A model generated the notes under the pieces. That model was given only the letters and a program-made list of their open reading frames with translations, was not told the DNA's origin and did no database searches. From NCBI GenBank assembly GCA_039940335.1, contig JBDVGW010000008.1: DNA of 64,000 bases, one strand, 5' to 3'. The position numbers and the translations under genes were made by a program. Origin of the DNA: Marinomonas sp. GTDB taxonomy: Bacteria; Pseudomonadota; Gammaproteobacteria; Pseudomonadales; Marinomonadaceae. Numbering within the stretch: the first letter of the stretch is position 1; each line of letters starts with the position of its first letter. Below are positions 27,544 to 38,857 of the stretch, piece by piece.

Positions 27544-27873
27544 ATGACCCCAGGTGAAATTCAGGTTGCTGAGGGCGTTATTGAGTTAAATGTCGGCCGC
27601 GAAACGCGACGCATCAGAGTCGAAAACACAGGGGACCGGCCGGTACAAATAGGTTCCCATTACCACTTTTATGAAGTCAATCCGGCTTTATCTTTTGACC
27701 GTGAATTGAGCAAAGGTTTTCGTTTAAACATTGCCTCAGGGACAGCAGTACGTTTTGAGCCCGGCCAAGGTCGTGAAGTAGAACTGGTCGAATACGCAGG
27801 CAGTAAAACCATCTATGGTTTCCGTGGCGAGATCATGGGCAAACTCGATGCTAAAACAGGAGACGATCAATGA
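27544..27873 (+). CDS. ureB: Urease beta subunit
   Basis: 'MTPGEI…[17 protein letters not shown]'; start ATG 27544 with GGAGG RBS. Confidence 0.97.
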   Translation: MTPGEIQVAEGVIELNVGRETRRIRVENTGDRPVQIGSHYHFYEVNPALSFDRELSKGFRLNIASGTAVRFEPGQGREVELVEYAGSKTIYGFRGEIMGKLDAKTGDDQ

Positions 27874-29600
27874 GCGAATCCAACAAACCCAACACAGCCC
27901 AAATGGATCGTCAAAGTTATGCACAAATGTTTGGTCCTACCACAGGTGACAGAGTGCGTCTTGGCGATACCGACCTGTGGATTCAGGTGGAGAAAGACTT
28001 CACTACCTACGGGGACGAAGTAAAGTTTGGCGGCGGTAAAGTGATTCGTGATGGCATGGGACAAAGCCAAGTGACTAACGCTATTGCCGTAGACCTAGTC
28101 ATCACCAACGCGCTTGTACTGGACCACTGGGGCATCGTCAAAGGTGATGTGGGTGTCAAAGATGGCCGTATTTTTAAAGTTGGTAAAGCCGGTAACCCAG
28201 ATGTTCAAGACAATGTGGATATTATTATTGGCCCTGGCACAGAAGTGATTGCTGGTGAAGGTTCGATTCTGACCGCTGGCGGCATCGACGCTCACATTCA
28301 CTTTATTTGCCCACAACAAATTGAAGAAGCCCTCACCTCTGGGGTCACCACCATGATAGGCGGTGGTACTGGCCCAGCAACAGGCACCAATGCTACTACC
28401 TGTACTTCTGGCCCTTGGTATCTGGGTAAAATGATGCAAGCGACTGATAGTATGCCCATGAACCTAGGCTTTCTAGGAAAAGGTAATGCCAGCTTGCCCG
28501 AAGCGTTAGAAGAACAGCTTGAAGCCGGTGCATTTGGTCTGAAACTTCACGAAGATTGGGGCACTACGCCCGCCTCGATTGATTGTTGCCTAAGTGTGGC
28601 AGAAAAATACGATGTGCAGGTGGCCATTCATACCGACACTCTAAACGAATCGGGTTTTGTAGACAGCACACTGGATGCCTTCAAAGATAGGGTAATACAT
28701 ACTTACCACACAGAAGGTGCTGGCGGTGGCCATGCGCCAGACATTATTCAGGCTTGCTCTAATCCTAATGTCTTGCCCTCTTCCACCAACCCGACTCGTC
28801 CTTACACCCACAACACGGTGGATGAACATCTAGACATGCTGATGGTCTGTCACCATTTGGACAGTAATATCCCTGAAGATGTGGCCTTTGCTGATTCTCG
28901 TATTCGTAAAGAAACCATTGCCGCGGAAGACATTCTTCATGACCGTGGTGCATTCAGTATGATTTCTTCCGACTCCCAAGCCATGGGCCGTGTAGGGGAA
29001 GTGGTGACGCGGACTTGGCAAACCGCCCACAAGATGAAGCAGCAGTTTGGCCTGTTAGCAGAAGACCAAGAGCTGGGAGCAGATAACTTCCGTGCTCGTC
29101 GTTACATTGCCAAATACACCATTAACCCAGCCATTGCCCACGGCGTAAGCCATGAGATTGGCTCGATTGAACCGGGTAAATTAGCGGATCTGGTATTATG
29201 GAAACCCGCGTTTTTCGCGGTCAAACCTTCCATGATCATCAAGGGTGGCATGATTGCCAGTGCGCCTATGGGTGACCCAAACGCCTCGATCCCAACGCCG
29301 CAACCTGTGCATTATCGCCCTATGTTTGGCGCTTTTGGCAAAGCGGCCGCCGCCACCTCACTAACTTTTGTTTGTGAAGCGGCATTACACAACGGCTTGA
29401 AAGAGAAACTTGGCCTAGAGCGCACATTAGTAGCCTGTAAAAACACCCGTAACATTTCTAAATTAGATATGGTTCACAACAACTGGTTACCAAATATTAG
29501 CGTCGACCCACAAACCTACGAGGTGCGTGCCGATGGCGAATTGCTCACTTGTGAACCCGCCAAAACCTTACCGTTGGCTCAGCTTTACACTTTATTTTAG
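27870..29600 (+). CDS. ureC: Urease alpha subunit
   Basis: Ni-site motifs 'IDAHIH', 'LKLHEDWG', 'HTDTLNE', 'HTEGAGGGH', 'MVCHHL', 'SSDSQAMG'. Confidence 0.98.
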   Translation: MSESNKPNTAQMDRQSYAQMFGPTTGDRVRLGDTDLWIQVEKDFTTYGDEVKFGGGKVIRDGMGQSQVTNAIAVDLVITNALVLDHWGIVKGDVGVKDGRIFKVGKAGNPDVQDNVDIIIGPGTEVIAGEGSILTAGGIDAHIHFICPQQIEEALTSGVTTMIGGGTGPATGTNATTCTSGPWYLGKMMQATDSMPMNLGFLGKGNASLPEALEEQLEAGAFGLKLHEDWGTTPASIDCCLSVAEKYDVQVAIHTDTLNESGFVDSTLDAFKDRVIHTYHTEGAGGGHAPDIIQACSNPNVLPSSTNPTRPYTHNTVDEHLDMLMVCHHLDSNIPEDVAFADSRIRKETIAAEDILHDRGAFSMISSDSQAMGRVGEVVTRTWQTAHKMKQQFGLLAEDQELGADNFRARRYIAKYTINPAIAHGVSHEIGSIEPGKLADLVLWKPAFFAVKPSMIIKGGMIASAPMGDPNASIPTPQPVHYRPMFGAFGKAAAATSLTFVCEAALHNGLKEKLGLERTLVACKNTRNISKLDMVHNNWLPNISVDPQTYEVRADGELLTCEPAKTLPLAQLYTLF

Positions 29601-29611
29601 GACGACATATT

Positions 29612-30058
29612 ATGTTAGATATTTACCAGCGCTTGGGCTGTCATTGCCACGAGCCTGTTTACACCAAGGTTGTACTTAGCCATGAACAAAGAGAACGCGG
29701 CCGCTTAAAGTTGGTAGGCACCAATAACGAAGAAGTGCGAGTGTTTCTAGAGCGTGGCAAGCCTCTATTGGTGGGCGAATACCTAAAATCTGAATGCGGC
29801 AAAATAGTCCAAGTGGAAGGAGCGGTGGAAAGTGTCGCCCACGCCAGCTGCGATGATTGGGAAAACTTTTCTAAAGCCTGCTATCACTTAGGCAACCGCC
29901 ATACCAAGATTCAAATTGGTGAGCGCTGGCTGCGCATCAAACCCGACCATGTGCTTGAAGAAATGCTGCATCTGTTAGGTTTGGTGATCAGCCACGAAGA
30001 AGCCGTTTTTATTCCCGAGTCAGGAGCTTATAGCCATGGTCATCACAGCCACGGATAG
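29612..30058 (+). CDS. ureE: Urease nickel chaperone
   Basis: 'YHLGNRH', 'DHVLEEML', His-rich tail 'HGHHSHG'. Confidence 0.95.
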   Translation: MLDIYQRLGCHCHEPVYTKVVLSHEQRERGRLKLVGTNNEEVRVFLERGKPLLVGEYLKSECGKIVQVEGAVESVAHASCDDWENFSKACYHLGNRHTKIQIGERWLRIKPDHVLEEMLHLLGLVISHEEAVFIPESGAYSHGHHSHG

Positions 30059-30713
30059 CAACCTGTTACGACTATTACAGCTTAGTAGTGTCAGCTTACC
30101 TGTGGGGGGCTATGCCTTTTCCCAGGGTATGGAATATGCCATTGATCGAGGCTGGGTAAAAAAACAGCAAGAGGTAGAAGATTGGATTAGCGTTCAATTG
30201 CATCAATCCCTTGCACGAATGGACTTGCCCATTTTGAGGTTGTGCCTAGAAGCTTGCCGAAGCCAATCCAGTGAGCGCCTAGAGGAACTTAACCAGCTGG
30301 TGTTGGCCTGTCGGGAAACGAAAGAACTGCGGTTGAACGACACAGCTATGGGCGAAGCCCTATCTCGGCTCATGCAGAGTTTGGAGATACCTTCGCCCTT
30401 CACCCGCAGCCAAGATGTCAGCTTTGTCTGCCTGTTCGCACTGGTTTGCCACCATTGGCAAATTCCATTTGAGTTGGCAGCACTGGGCTTTACTTGGTCT
30501 TGGTTAGAAAATCAGGTGGCTGCCGCCACCAAACTGGTGCCTCTGGGACAAACCCAAGCACAGCAGTTATTGGGCACGTTACAACTTGATATTAATGAGG
30601 CGATCCGTCTGTCGAAAAGTATCACAGAAGACAGAGTCGGCGCTGGTTTGCCCAGCATTGCTATTGCCAGCTCATTACATGAAACACAATATTCACGACT
30701 GTTTCGTTCTTAA
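30036..30713 (+). CDS. ureF: Urease accessory protein
   Basis: '[13 protein letters not shown]', 'LVPLGQT', '[11 protein letters not shown]'. Confidence 0.95.
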   Translation: MVITATDSNLLRLLQLSSVSLPVGGYAFSQGMEYAIDRGWVKKQQEVEDWISVQLHQSLARMDLPILRLCLEACRSQSSERLEELNQLVLACRETKELRLNDTAMGEALSRLMQSLEIPSPFTRSQDVSFVCLFALVCHHWQIPFELAALGFTWSWLENQVAAATKLVPLGQTQAQQLLGTLQLDINEAIRLSKSITEDRVGAGLPSIAIASSLHETQYSRLFRS

Positions 30714-30754
30714 CGGGTCGCGACGAATCTTCTATTTTGTATAAGGAATACACC

Positions 30755-31402
30755 ATGAGTAAACCAAAACAAACTTTACGCGTTGGCGTTGGCGGCCCAG
30801 TTGGGTCAGGAAAAACCGCACTGTTGCGCTCATTGTGCTCAGCGTTACGTGATTATTATAATATCGCCGTGGTGACCAACGATATTTACACGCAAGAAGA
30901 CGCAAAATTCTTAACCGCCCACCAAGCACTGGATGAAGACCGTATTCTGGGTGTCGAGACGGGAGGCTGTCCCCATACCGCGATTCGTGAAGACGCCTCC
31001 ATGAACCTAGCGGCTATTGACCAACTCTTGGCTCGTCATGGTGAACTGGATGTAGTGTTTGTGGAAAGTGGTGGTGATAACCTCAGCGCAACCTTTAGTC
31101 CAGAACTGTCTGATCTAACGATTTATGTGATCGACGTGTCAGCAGGGGACAAGATTCCACGCAAAGGAGGGCCGGGTATTACTAAGTCCGATCTATTGAT
31201 TATCAACAAGACAGACCTAGCTCCTTTGGTTGGAGCGTCCTTAGACGTTATGGACCGTGATGCGAAAATGATGCGCGGCGATCGCCCTTTTGTTTTTTCC
31301 AACCTGAAAAAAGCCGAAGGCTTGGACCAAATCATTCAATTTATCATCCGTGAAGGTATGTTAGAATCCAAAGCTATTCCAGCCGCAAGAGCGGTGGTTT
31401 AA
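30755..31402 (+). CDS. ureG: Urease accessory GTPase
   Basis: GPVGSGKT, 'ETGGCPH', 'ESGGDNL', 'NKTD'; start ATG 30755. Confidence 0.97.
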   Translation: MSKPKQTLRVGVGGPVGSGKTALLRSLCSALRDYYNIAVVTNDIYTQEDAKFLTAHQALDEDRILGVETGGCPHTAIREDASMNLAAIDQLLARHGELDVVFVESGGDNLSATFSPELSDLTIYVIDVSAGDKIPRKGGPGITKSDLLIINKTDLAPLVGASLDVMDRDAKMMRGDRPFVFSNLKKAEGLDQIIQFIIREGMLESKAIPAARAVV

Positions 31403-31440
31403 ATAAGTACGTTTTTTTATTTATTTTTAGGAGATTTCAC

Positions 31441-32025
31441 ATGCGTCTACATACGCTAAAACTAAGCCTTGTGGCTTTCATTACCGCCCTACCCGCTCTT
31501 GTATTTGCTCACGCTGGTCATGAACACACGTCCAGCTTTATGACAGGTTTCTTGCACCCAATGGGTGGCTTTGATCACCTATTGGCGATGTTTGCTGTCG
31601 GCCTTTGGGCTGCAACCCTAGGAGGGCGTGCTGTATTGACTGTGCCTATGGCTTTCGTTGCAACCATGTTGATTGGTGGTGGCCTAGCGGTTGCAGGCAT
31701 GGCCGTGCCTTTCATTGAGCAAGGTATCTTGTTGTCTGTGATTGTGATGGGTGCTTTGTTGGTAGGTGCTGCACGCTTCCCTGCGATTATCTGCGCGGCC
31801 ATTGCAGGTGTCTTTGCCCTGTTCCACGGTGCCGCTCACGGCCTAGAAATGCCTTTAAATGCTAACGGTATGGAATATGCAGCTGGCTTCGCACTCGCTA
31901 CGATTGCGCTACACCTTGTTGGCCTAGGCTTTGGACAAGTGTTTACCCGCCTACAAACACCAATGATTTCTCGTCTAGTCGGTAGCATCATTGCCATTGC
32001 TGGCGTGGTTATGTCTTTCGCATAA
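31441..32025 (+). CDS. ureJ: HupE/UreJ nickel transporter
   Basis: 'AHAGH', 'GFLHPMGGFDHLLAM', 'FHGAAHG'. Confidence 0.92.
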   Translation: MRLHTLKLSLVAFITALPALVFAHAGHEHTSSFMTGFLHPMGGFDHLLAMFAVGLWAATLGGRAVLTVPMAFVATMLIGGGLAVAGMAVPFIEQGILLSVIVMGALLVGAARFPAIICAAIAGVFALFHGAAHGLEMPLNANGMEYAAGFALATIALHLVGLGFGQVFTRLQTPMISRLVGSIIAIAGVVMSFA

Positions 32026-32060
32026 CAGCATTAGACTAGCCACTAATTCCCAATAACACT

Positions 32061-32099
32061 AAAGACTCAGTTAACTCATTGTTATCTGAGTCTTTTTTT
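32061..32099 (+). terminator. Terminator of the urt-ure operon
   Basis: aaagactcag / ctgagtcttt stem followed by a T-run. Confidence 0.75.
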
Positions 32100-32214
32100 C
32101 TTGATATAAAATGAATAAAGTCATCTAAAAAAACTTTGGTAGTTTACTAATGTTGAAAAAAGGCTGAGAATGTTTGGCAACTTCATTCTCTTTTAACGCT
32201 AAGGTACTTATTCT

Positions 32215-34404
32215 TTGCGCCAGCCCATAAAGCAATTACCGGCCATTGCCCTATCAATCATTACCTTTATGTTTTTATCGGTAATTGGTGTGTATTGGGC
32301 ACATATGTCTAATAATGCAACACAGGCCGAACAAAAGTTTTTATTAGGCGGCATTGCCCGATCCCAGGCCTCCATTGTGGAGCGCCGCCTTGCATTAGCC
32401 TTTACCTCGGCGCAAATGCTGGCTCACGATATTGAAAAGAGCAACGGCGACTCACGAAACTTTCAGTCCTATGCTAAGGATATTCGCGCCACCATTGGCG
32501 GGATACACAGCTTACAATTGGCTCCTGATGGTATCATTCGCAAAATTGACCCGCTTGAAGGCAACGAAACCGCCCTTGGGTTAAACATCATTACGCACCC
32601 TAGTTTAAAAGAAGAGACTCAAAGAGCGATCAAAAACAAAGAGATGCTGATTATTGGGCCGCTTCAACTTGTTCAAGGCGGTGAGGCTATCATTAGCCGA
32701 TCACCTATTTTTTTAGACAGCAATACTGATAAAGAGAGGTTTTGGGGCTTTTCCTCTGCTGTCATCCTTTCAAACAGCTTGTTCCAGTCAACCAATTTAC
32801 AAGAGCTGGAAAACCAAGGTTACAGCTACCAGCTTGCTCGCAACCAGCTAGGCAGTAACAGTCGCACACTTTTCTTCAGTTCCGAGCTGCCGCTTTCTGA
32901 AACTTACGCTTCCATTGACCTTATTCTGCCTGCTGGTAATTGGTCATTAAGCATAGGTCGCGACATCAGCGCACTATTAATGGACCGGTTGCGTTTTGGC
33001 TACTCTCTAACCTTATTGATTGCATCACTTGCGGCTTTCTCGGTCTACTTTGTCACCTCGCAACCATTGAAGTTGCGTAAACTGGTTAGTGAAAAAACTC
33101 AAGCGTTACAAGATTTAGCCTATAAAGACCCTTTAACGGGTCTCTACAATAGACGCTATTTAACCGATACGCTTCCGAAACTACTGCTTAATAATCAAAC
33201 TAAACTCAATACGTCGGCGTTTATTTATTTTGATTTAGATGACTTTAAGCGTATCAATGACACCATAGGTCATGATGTGGGTGACCAAGTATTGGAGATT
33301 GTGGCTCAACGCCTAGTTCGCATCGTCAAAGAAAAAGATACGGTTGTTCGATTAGGTGGAGACGAATTTGGCATTTACCTGAGCAGTATCCTTAACCCTC
33401 ATGAGGCAGAAGAAATCGCGAACCAAGTGCTCGAAGCTATTCACGCCCCTCTAAAAATTGATATCCGGGATTTTTACCTAACCACATCTTTGGGCATCGC
33501 CATGATTCCAGAGCACGGTAACGATCTTGTGACCATTATGCAGAATGCCGATATGGCCCTATACGAATCCAAATTGCAGGGTAAAAACCAGTGCTCATTT
33601 TACGACGAGAAAATGAAAGAGCAGGCCATCAACTTGGCTCAAGTGGAGTCTGATATCTCCCATGCCTTGCAGCATCAGGAGTTTGAACTGTATTTCCAAC
33701 CGATTTTTGACTTATCCAGCAAAAAGATCATCGGCGCCGAGGCGCTGATTCGCTGGAACCATCCAGACAAGGGTTTGGTTTTTCCTGATAAATTCATTAC
33801 TCTGGCAGAAGACACTGGTCAGATTGTTGATATAGGCTACTGGGTTATTGAAAGTGCGATCCAATACTTAGCCCGCCGTCACAAAGAGGGTCACCCGAAT
33901 ATTCTCTTGCACGTAAATTTATCCCCTCTTCAGTTAGCGGATCCAAACCTTTTAGAGCAAGTTAAATTTTTACTTGGAAAATACCAAGTAGACGGTAGTT
34001 GTTTGGGGTTTGAGGTCACAGAAACGGCACTATTAAGTGATACTAAGTTAGCCATCTCAATACTCAATTCTTTTAAGAGCATGGGGATTTATATTGCTAT
34101 CGATGACTTTGGTATTGGCTACTCTTCACTGGGTCAACTTAAAAATCTTCCGGTTAATCAGCTTAAAATTGATCGCAGTTTTGTGATGGATTTAGAAACC
34201 GATTTGGACGATAGAAAGATTGTCGAAGCCATTATTGCCATGAGCCACAAACTTGGCATTAAAGTCATCGCCGAGGGCATAGAAACCATGGAGCAATGGC
34301 AAATGCTGTCAGATTTCCACTGTGACTTTGGTCAAGGGTATGTGGTCAGCCGCCCTATTCCGGAAGCCGAGTTTAATGCTCGTCCCCAGTTAGAGCTTAC
34401 TTAA
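32215..34404 (+). CDS. CHASE-like sensor + GGDEF + EAL c-di-GMP enzyme
   Basis: Two TM segments, 'GPLQLVQGG'; 'DPLTGL', 'RLGGDEF'; 'EALIRW', 'DDFGIGYSS', 'AEGIE', 'QGY'. Confidence 0.9.
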   Translation: MRQPIKQLPAIALSIITFMFLSVIGVYWAHMSNNATQAEQKFLLGGIARSQASIVERRLALAFTSAQMLAHDIEKSNGDSRNFQSYAKDIRATIGGIHSLQLAPDGIIRKIDPLEGNETALGLNIITHPSLKEETQRAIKNKEMLIIGPLQLVQGGEAIISRSPIFLDSNTDKERFWGFSSAVILSNSLFQSTNLQELENQGYSYQLARNQLGSNSRTLFFSSELPLSETYASIDLILPAGNWSLSIGRDISALLMDRLRFGYSLTLLIASLAAFSVYFVTSQPLKLRKLVSEKTQALQDLAYKDPLTGLYNRRYLTDTLPKLLLNNQTKLNTSAFIYFDLDDFKRINDTIGHDVGDQVLEIVAQRLVRIVKEKDTVVRLGGDEFGIYLSSILNPHEAEEIANQVLEAIHAPLKIDIRDFYLTTSLGIAMIPEHGNDLVTIMQNADMALYESKLQGKNQCSFYDEKMKEQAINLAQVESDISHALQHQEFELYFQPIFDLSSKKIIGAEALIRWNHPDKGLVFPDKFITLAEDTGQIVDIGYWVIESAIQYLARRHKEGHPNILLHVNLSPLQLADPNLLEQVKFLLGKYQVDGSCLGFEVTETALLSDTKLAISILNSFKSMGIYIAIDDFGIGYSSLGQLKNLPVNQLKIDRSFVMDLETDLDDRKIVEAIIAMSHKLGIKVIAEGIETMEQWQMLSDFHCDFGQGYVVSRPIPEAEFNARPQLELT

Positions 34405-34421
34405 ACAAACACTTTCGCCAC

Positions 34422-34472
34422 AAAAAAGCCCTAAGCCAACCCCTATATAAAGGTCATGACTTAAGGCTTTTT
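34422..34472. terminator. Bidirectional terminator between convergent genes
   Basis: aaaaaagccctaag … cttaaggcttttt. Confidence 0.65.
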
Positions 34473-34501
34473 ATAGTTTTTAAAATTATAGTTCTAAAAT
34501 A

Positions 34502-35944
34502 CTAGGACGCTAGACAGATAGCTCTGCCATGGTTGTGTACTTCAACCAATTCTTTGTGCAGGCTACAAATAGCTTTCTCGTAATCTTCTTCATCAATGAC
34601 AAACTGCATATCCACCTGACGCATAGATTGGTGCATTGCCAAGACGTTGACTTCTTGTTCCGCAATGGCTTTTACCGCTTTCGCTAACATACCAGTCGTT
34701 TTCATATCGCTACCAATAGCTGAAACAATGGCCACTTTACGTTGATTAATCTCGGCATCGTTGAAGCATTCATGTAGCTGTTTCATGACTCGCTTCAAGG
34801 TTTTAAGATTAATGGCCAAGTAATGGGTAATGGTATTGGCGTTAATATCTTTGGCAATGATATGAGCGTTAAAGCGATTCAAAACTTTTAGAATGGCGCC
34901 ATCAAACTCGTCGATATCGCCCGCCATGTCTTGATCAAATACTTCTACCGCAAAGACGCCACGACAGCCTGCGATGATTTCGACACAAGGCGCATCACTA
35001 ACGTAATCACCTGTAATCAAAGTACCGGTATGCTCTGGCTCAAAGGTGTTTTTCACCCGTAAAGCAATACCACTTTGACGCAGACCTTTCGCCGCTTTCG
35101 GATGGATAGCTTCCATTCCCAAATTTGCTAACTGATCGGCCACATCATAGTTAGTTCGCCCAATTGGCACGGCTTTGTCTTCTCCCACTAGGCGCGGGTC
35201 AGCACTGCTTAAGTGGAATTCTTTGTGAATCACCGCTTCGTAAGCTTGGGTCAAAACCGCAATGCGACTAAAGGTCATTTCACTGTAGCCACGATCAAAT
35301 GTCGACATTAAGCCAGTTTCACTGTGCGCATAGCCTGTGGCAACCGGTAACTCAGTATTCATGTCTACATTTTTGAATGCATCGACAATGCGCTCGTCCA
35401 AAGACATATGGACTGAGCTATTCCAACCAGTCAAATCCACAAACACGGCATTAACGCCATCACGCTTTAACAAGGTCGCGGTATTCCAAGCACTGTGAGC
35501 TTCACCAATACTGGCAAGCATTTCACGTACTGTGGAAAGGTGCTCGTTAATAGAAAAGTGTCCGTGTTGGCAAAGGCGATGTAAGTCTTCCAAGCATTCC
35601 TGAGCATCTTGTAAGCGGCTGTTTAAAAAGCGGTTCGCTTGCGCTAGTAATTCCCCTGGACCAAACAAAGATTCGTTTATCGACAGCATGGATTCACGAA
35701 CTTCCTGCAGCGCTGCGGCCCAATGGTTTTGCTGACGCTCTTGAGCGAACAAAGCATAAACCCCTGCATCGCCTGTTTTCTTATGTTCAAGCAGTTTATC
35801 TGTCATACCACCGTAAGCGGATACAACAAATACACGTTGGTAAATCGTATCTGCGCGAACGGGCTTAAAAACTATATTATCTCGTACCGACTGGTAGTCA
35901 CTCATGGACGTACCGCCGATTTTCTCAACTGTATGTTGTCCCAT
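34502..35944 (-). CDS. ask: Ectoine-cluster aspartate kinase
   Basis: 'HTVEKIGGTSMS', 'FDRGYSEMTFS', 'MEAIHP', C-terminal ACT-like region; follows ectC. Confidence 0.93.
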   Translation of the reverse strand: MGQHTVEKIGGTSMSDYQSVRDNIVFKPVRADTIYQRVFVVSAYGGMTDKLLEHKKTGDAGVYALFAQERQQNHWAAALQEVRESMLSINESLFGPGELLAQANRFLNSRLQDAQECLEDLHRLCQHGHFSINEHLSTVREMLASIGEAHSAWNTATLLKRDGVNAVFVDLTGWNSSVHMSLDERIVDAFKNVDMNTELPVATGYAHSETGLMSTFDRGYSEMTFSRIAVLTQAYEAVIHKEFHLSSADPRLVGEDKAVPIGRTNYDVADQLANLGMEAIHPKAAKGLRQSGIALRVKNTFEPEHTGTLITGDYVSDAPCVEIIAGCRGVFAVEVFDQDMAGDIDEFDGAILKVLNRFNAHIIAKDINANTITHYLAINLKTLKRVMKQLHECFNDAEINQRKVAIVSAIGSDMKTTGMLAKAVKAIAEQEVNVLAMHQSMRQVDMQFVIDEEDYEKAICSLHKELVEVHNHGRAICLAS

Positions 35945-36118
35945 TTTTAACCTGTAAATAAGGGGCCAAAGAGCGTACTTCGGCCATCGATAATCGCTGG
36001 CGCTATAGTGTCATAAGGTCGCCTAAAAATTAAGCGCCAAATGCACAATTCCAGCGAATATGAAAGGTTACACTTTGAAGCGCCATTTCAACCAAATAAT
36101 CCTCTAGCTGGCACCAGC

Positions 36119-36143
36119 AAAAACAGCCCATAGTGGGCTGTTT
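36119..36143 (-). terminator. Terminator between ectC and ask
   Basis: aaacagccca-tag-tgggctgttt; U5 on the minus strand. Confidence 0.7.
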
Positions 36144-36165
36144 ACGACGCTTAATTTCCCAAAGG

Positions 36166-36555
36166 CTAGTCTATAATTTCATAGGCCCCATCGGCGTTAT
36201 GGACCTCTTTACCTGTGATCGGAGGATTAAACACACAGGCCAACTTGAGCTCCTTGAAAGCTCGTAATGTGTGTGCATCATGCTTATCTAGCACATACAC
36301 AACCCCAGGCTTAATCTGATGTTTTTCACCCGTTTCACGGCTTTCTACTTCGCCTTCACCCGACATGCAATAGACAGACTCGAGATGATTTTGATAGTGC
36401 ATATCAAAATCTTTACCCGCATAAATGGTGGTGATATGAAAAGAAAAGCCCATATTGTCTTCTTTTAGAATGAGTCGTGTACTTTCCCAATTACCATCGG
36501 GTGAGACAACACGGCGCTCAGTTTTTTCACATTCATTTAGATCACGTGCAAACAT
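36166..36555 (-). CDS. ectC: Ectoine synthase
   Basis: 'WESTRLIL…MGFSFHIT…[10 protein letters not shown]…HDAHTL…[13 protein letters not shown]'. Confidence 0.97.
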   Translation of the reverse strand: MFARDLNECEKTERRVVSPDGNWESTRLILKEDNMGFSFHITTIYAGKDFDMHYQNHLESVYCMSGEGEVESRETGEKHQIKPGVVYVLDKHDAHTLRAFKELKLACVFNPPITGKEVHNADGAYEIID

Positions 36556-36604
36556 TATTTCTCCTACTCCTTAAAAAATTAAACACTACAACCCATTTGA
36601 TTGG

Positions 36605-37930
<1,326 letters not shown>

Positions 37931-37975
37931 TTATCATGATTCAAATCTAAGACATGGCCTAAATGGCCTGAAAAT

Positions 37976-38473
37976 TTAGGCAACAATTGGCCCTATTCGA
38001 ACTAAGTATTCACTGTCGTGAAGCCCCTCGAAATGGCGCTCTTTATCAAACATGAGCGTCTCATTGAGTGGCGCATTTAATTGCTTAGCTAACGCTCGAA
38101 ATAAAGCCCAAGATGCCTGATTAGACTTTGTAATAGTGGTCTCTATATGGCTCACTGTTGCGCAACTTTCCCGCGATAAAAGTGCCAACAGCATGGTTTT
38201 TGCCAACCCCTTACCACGTGCGCGCTCGCCCACCGCTACTTGCCAAACAAACAAGGTGCTAGGTGATGCTGGCAACAAATAGCCAGAAACAAAACCCACC
38301 AGCTCTTCACCTTGCTTCGCCGCCATACAGGTGTCACTGAAATGACCAGCCTGCAATAAATTGCAATACACGGAGTTGCCATCAAGTGGGGGACATGCAG
38401 ACACCAACTTATTTACCGCCATTCCCTCTTCCGAGGTCGGTGAAGACAATTGAATATCGCTCGCCACCATCAT
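37976..38473 (-). CDS. ectA: Diaminobutyrate acetyltransferase
   Basis: 'CPPLDGNSVYCNLL', 'FVWQVAV', 'ETTIT..NQASWALF'. Confidence 0.96.
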   Translation of the reverse strand: MMVASDIQLSSPTSEEGMAVNKLVSACPPLDGNSVYCNLLQAGHFSDTCMAAKQGEELVGFVSGYLLPASPSTLFVWQVAVGERARGKGLAKTMLLALLSRESCATVSHIETTITKSNQASWALFRALAKQLNAPLNETLMFDKERHFEGLHDSEYLVRIGPIVA

Positions 38474-38577
38474 TCAATCTCCTTTGAAAACAAACAATAT
38501 AAAAACAAAATTTCTATATTTATTAAATTTTTTAGAAAAAAATCAGCCAAATACAGAAAAAACATCAAAAAAACTAC

Positions 38578-38589
38578 TTTGAACTCTAA
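38578..38589. promoter_or_regulatory. CosR-type box 1 upstream of ectA
   Basis: TTTGA-AC-TCTAA, an exact match to the TTTGA-NN-TCTAA site described for Vibrio CosR. Confidence 0.65.
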
Positions 38590-38630
38590 ATATGCTAACG
38601 AGTTAAAATGGCTTTGTCCACCAAAACAAA

Positions 38631-38642
38631 TTAGAACTCTAA
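38631..38642. promoter_or_regulatory. CosR-type box 2 upstream of ectA
   Basis: TTAGA-AC-TCTAA (perfect dyad version). Confidence 0.6.
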
Positions 38643-38857
38643 TATTTTTTAAGATGTGTACATTGAGAGCTTTAGGCTTAATAAAAAAGTATGAAGTCCA
38701 CTCGATAGAAGTCGAAATGCCTTAAATCCGTGTTAGTTGTTGCAAAAAGTCGGCAAAATCTGGAAAATGCCGCCCTTATTTAAAATCTGCACTAGGCATT
38801 TGCCGTAGCTTCACAGCATTTTCCTGCTCTTAAACAACACTAAAAATAGAGATATTC

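Noticed and set aside
34486-34497. CosR-like box TTATA-GT-TCTAA
   Set aside because: Lies between convergent gene ends with no promoter to control; likely AT-rich background, and a caution for the other boxes
35945-36118. Lysine riboswitch upstream of ask (contains AGAGG and GCCGAA)
   Set aside because: Elements are in the wrong order and spacing; no GAAAGG, CUGUC or closing P1
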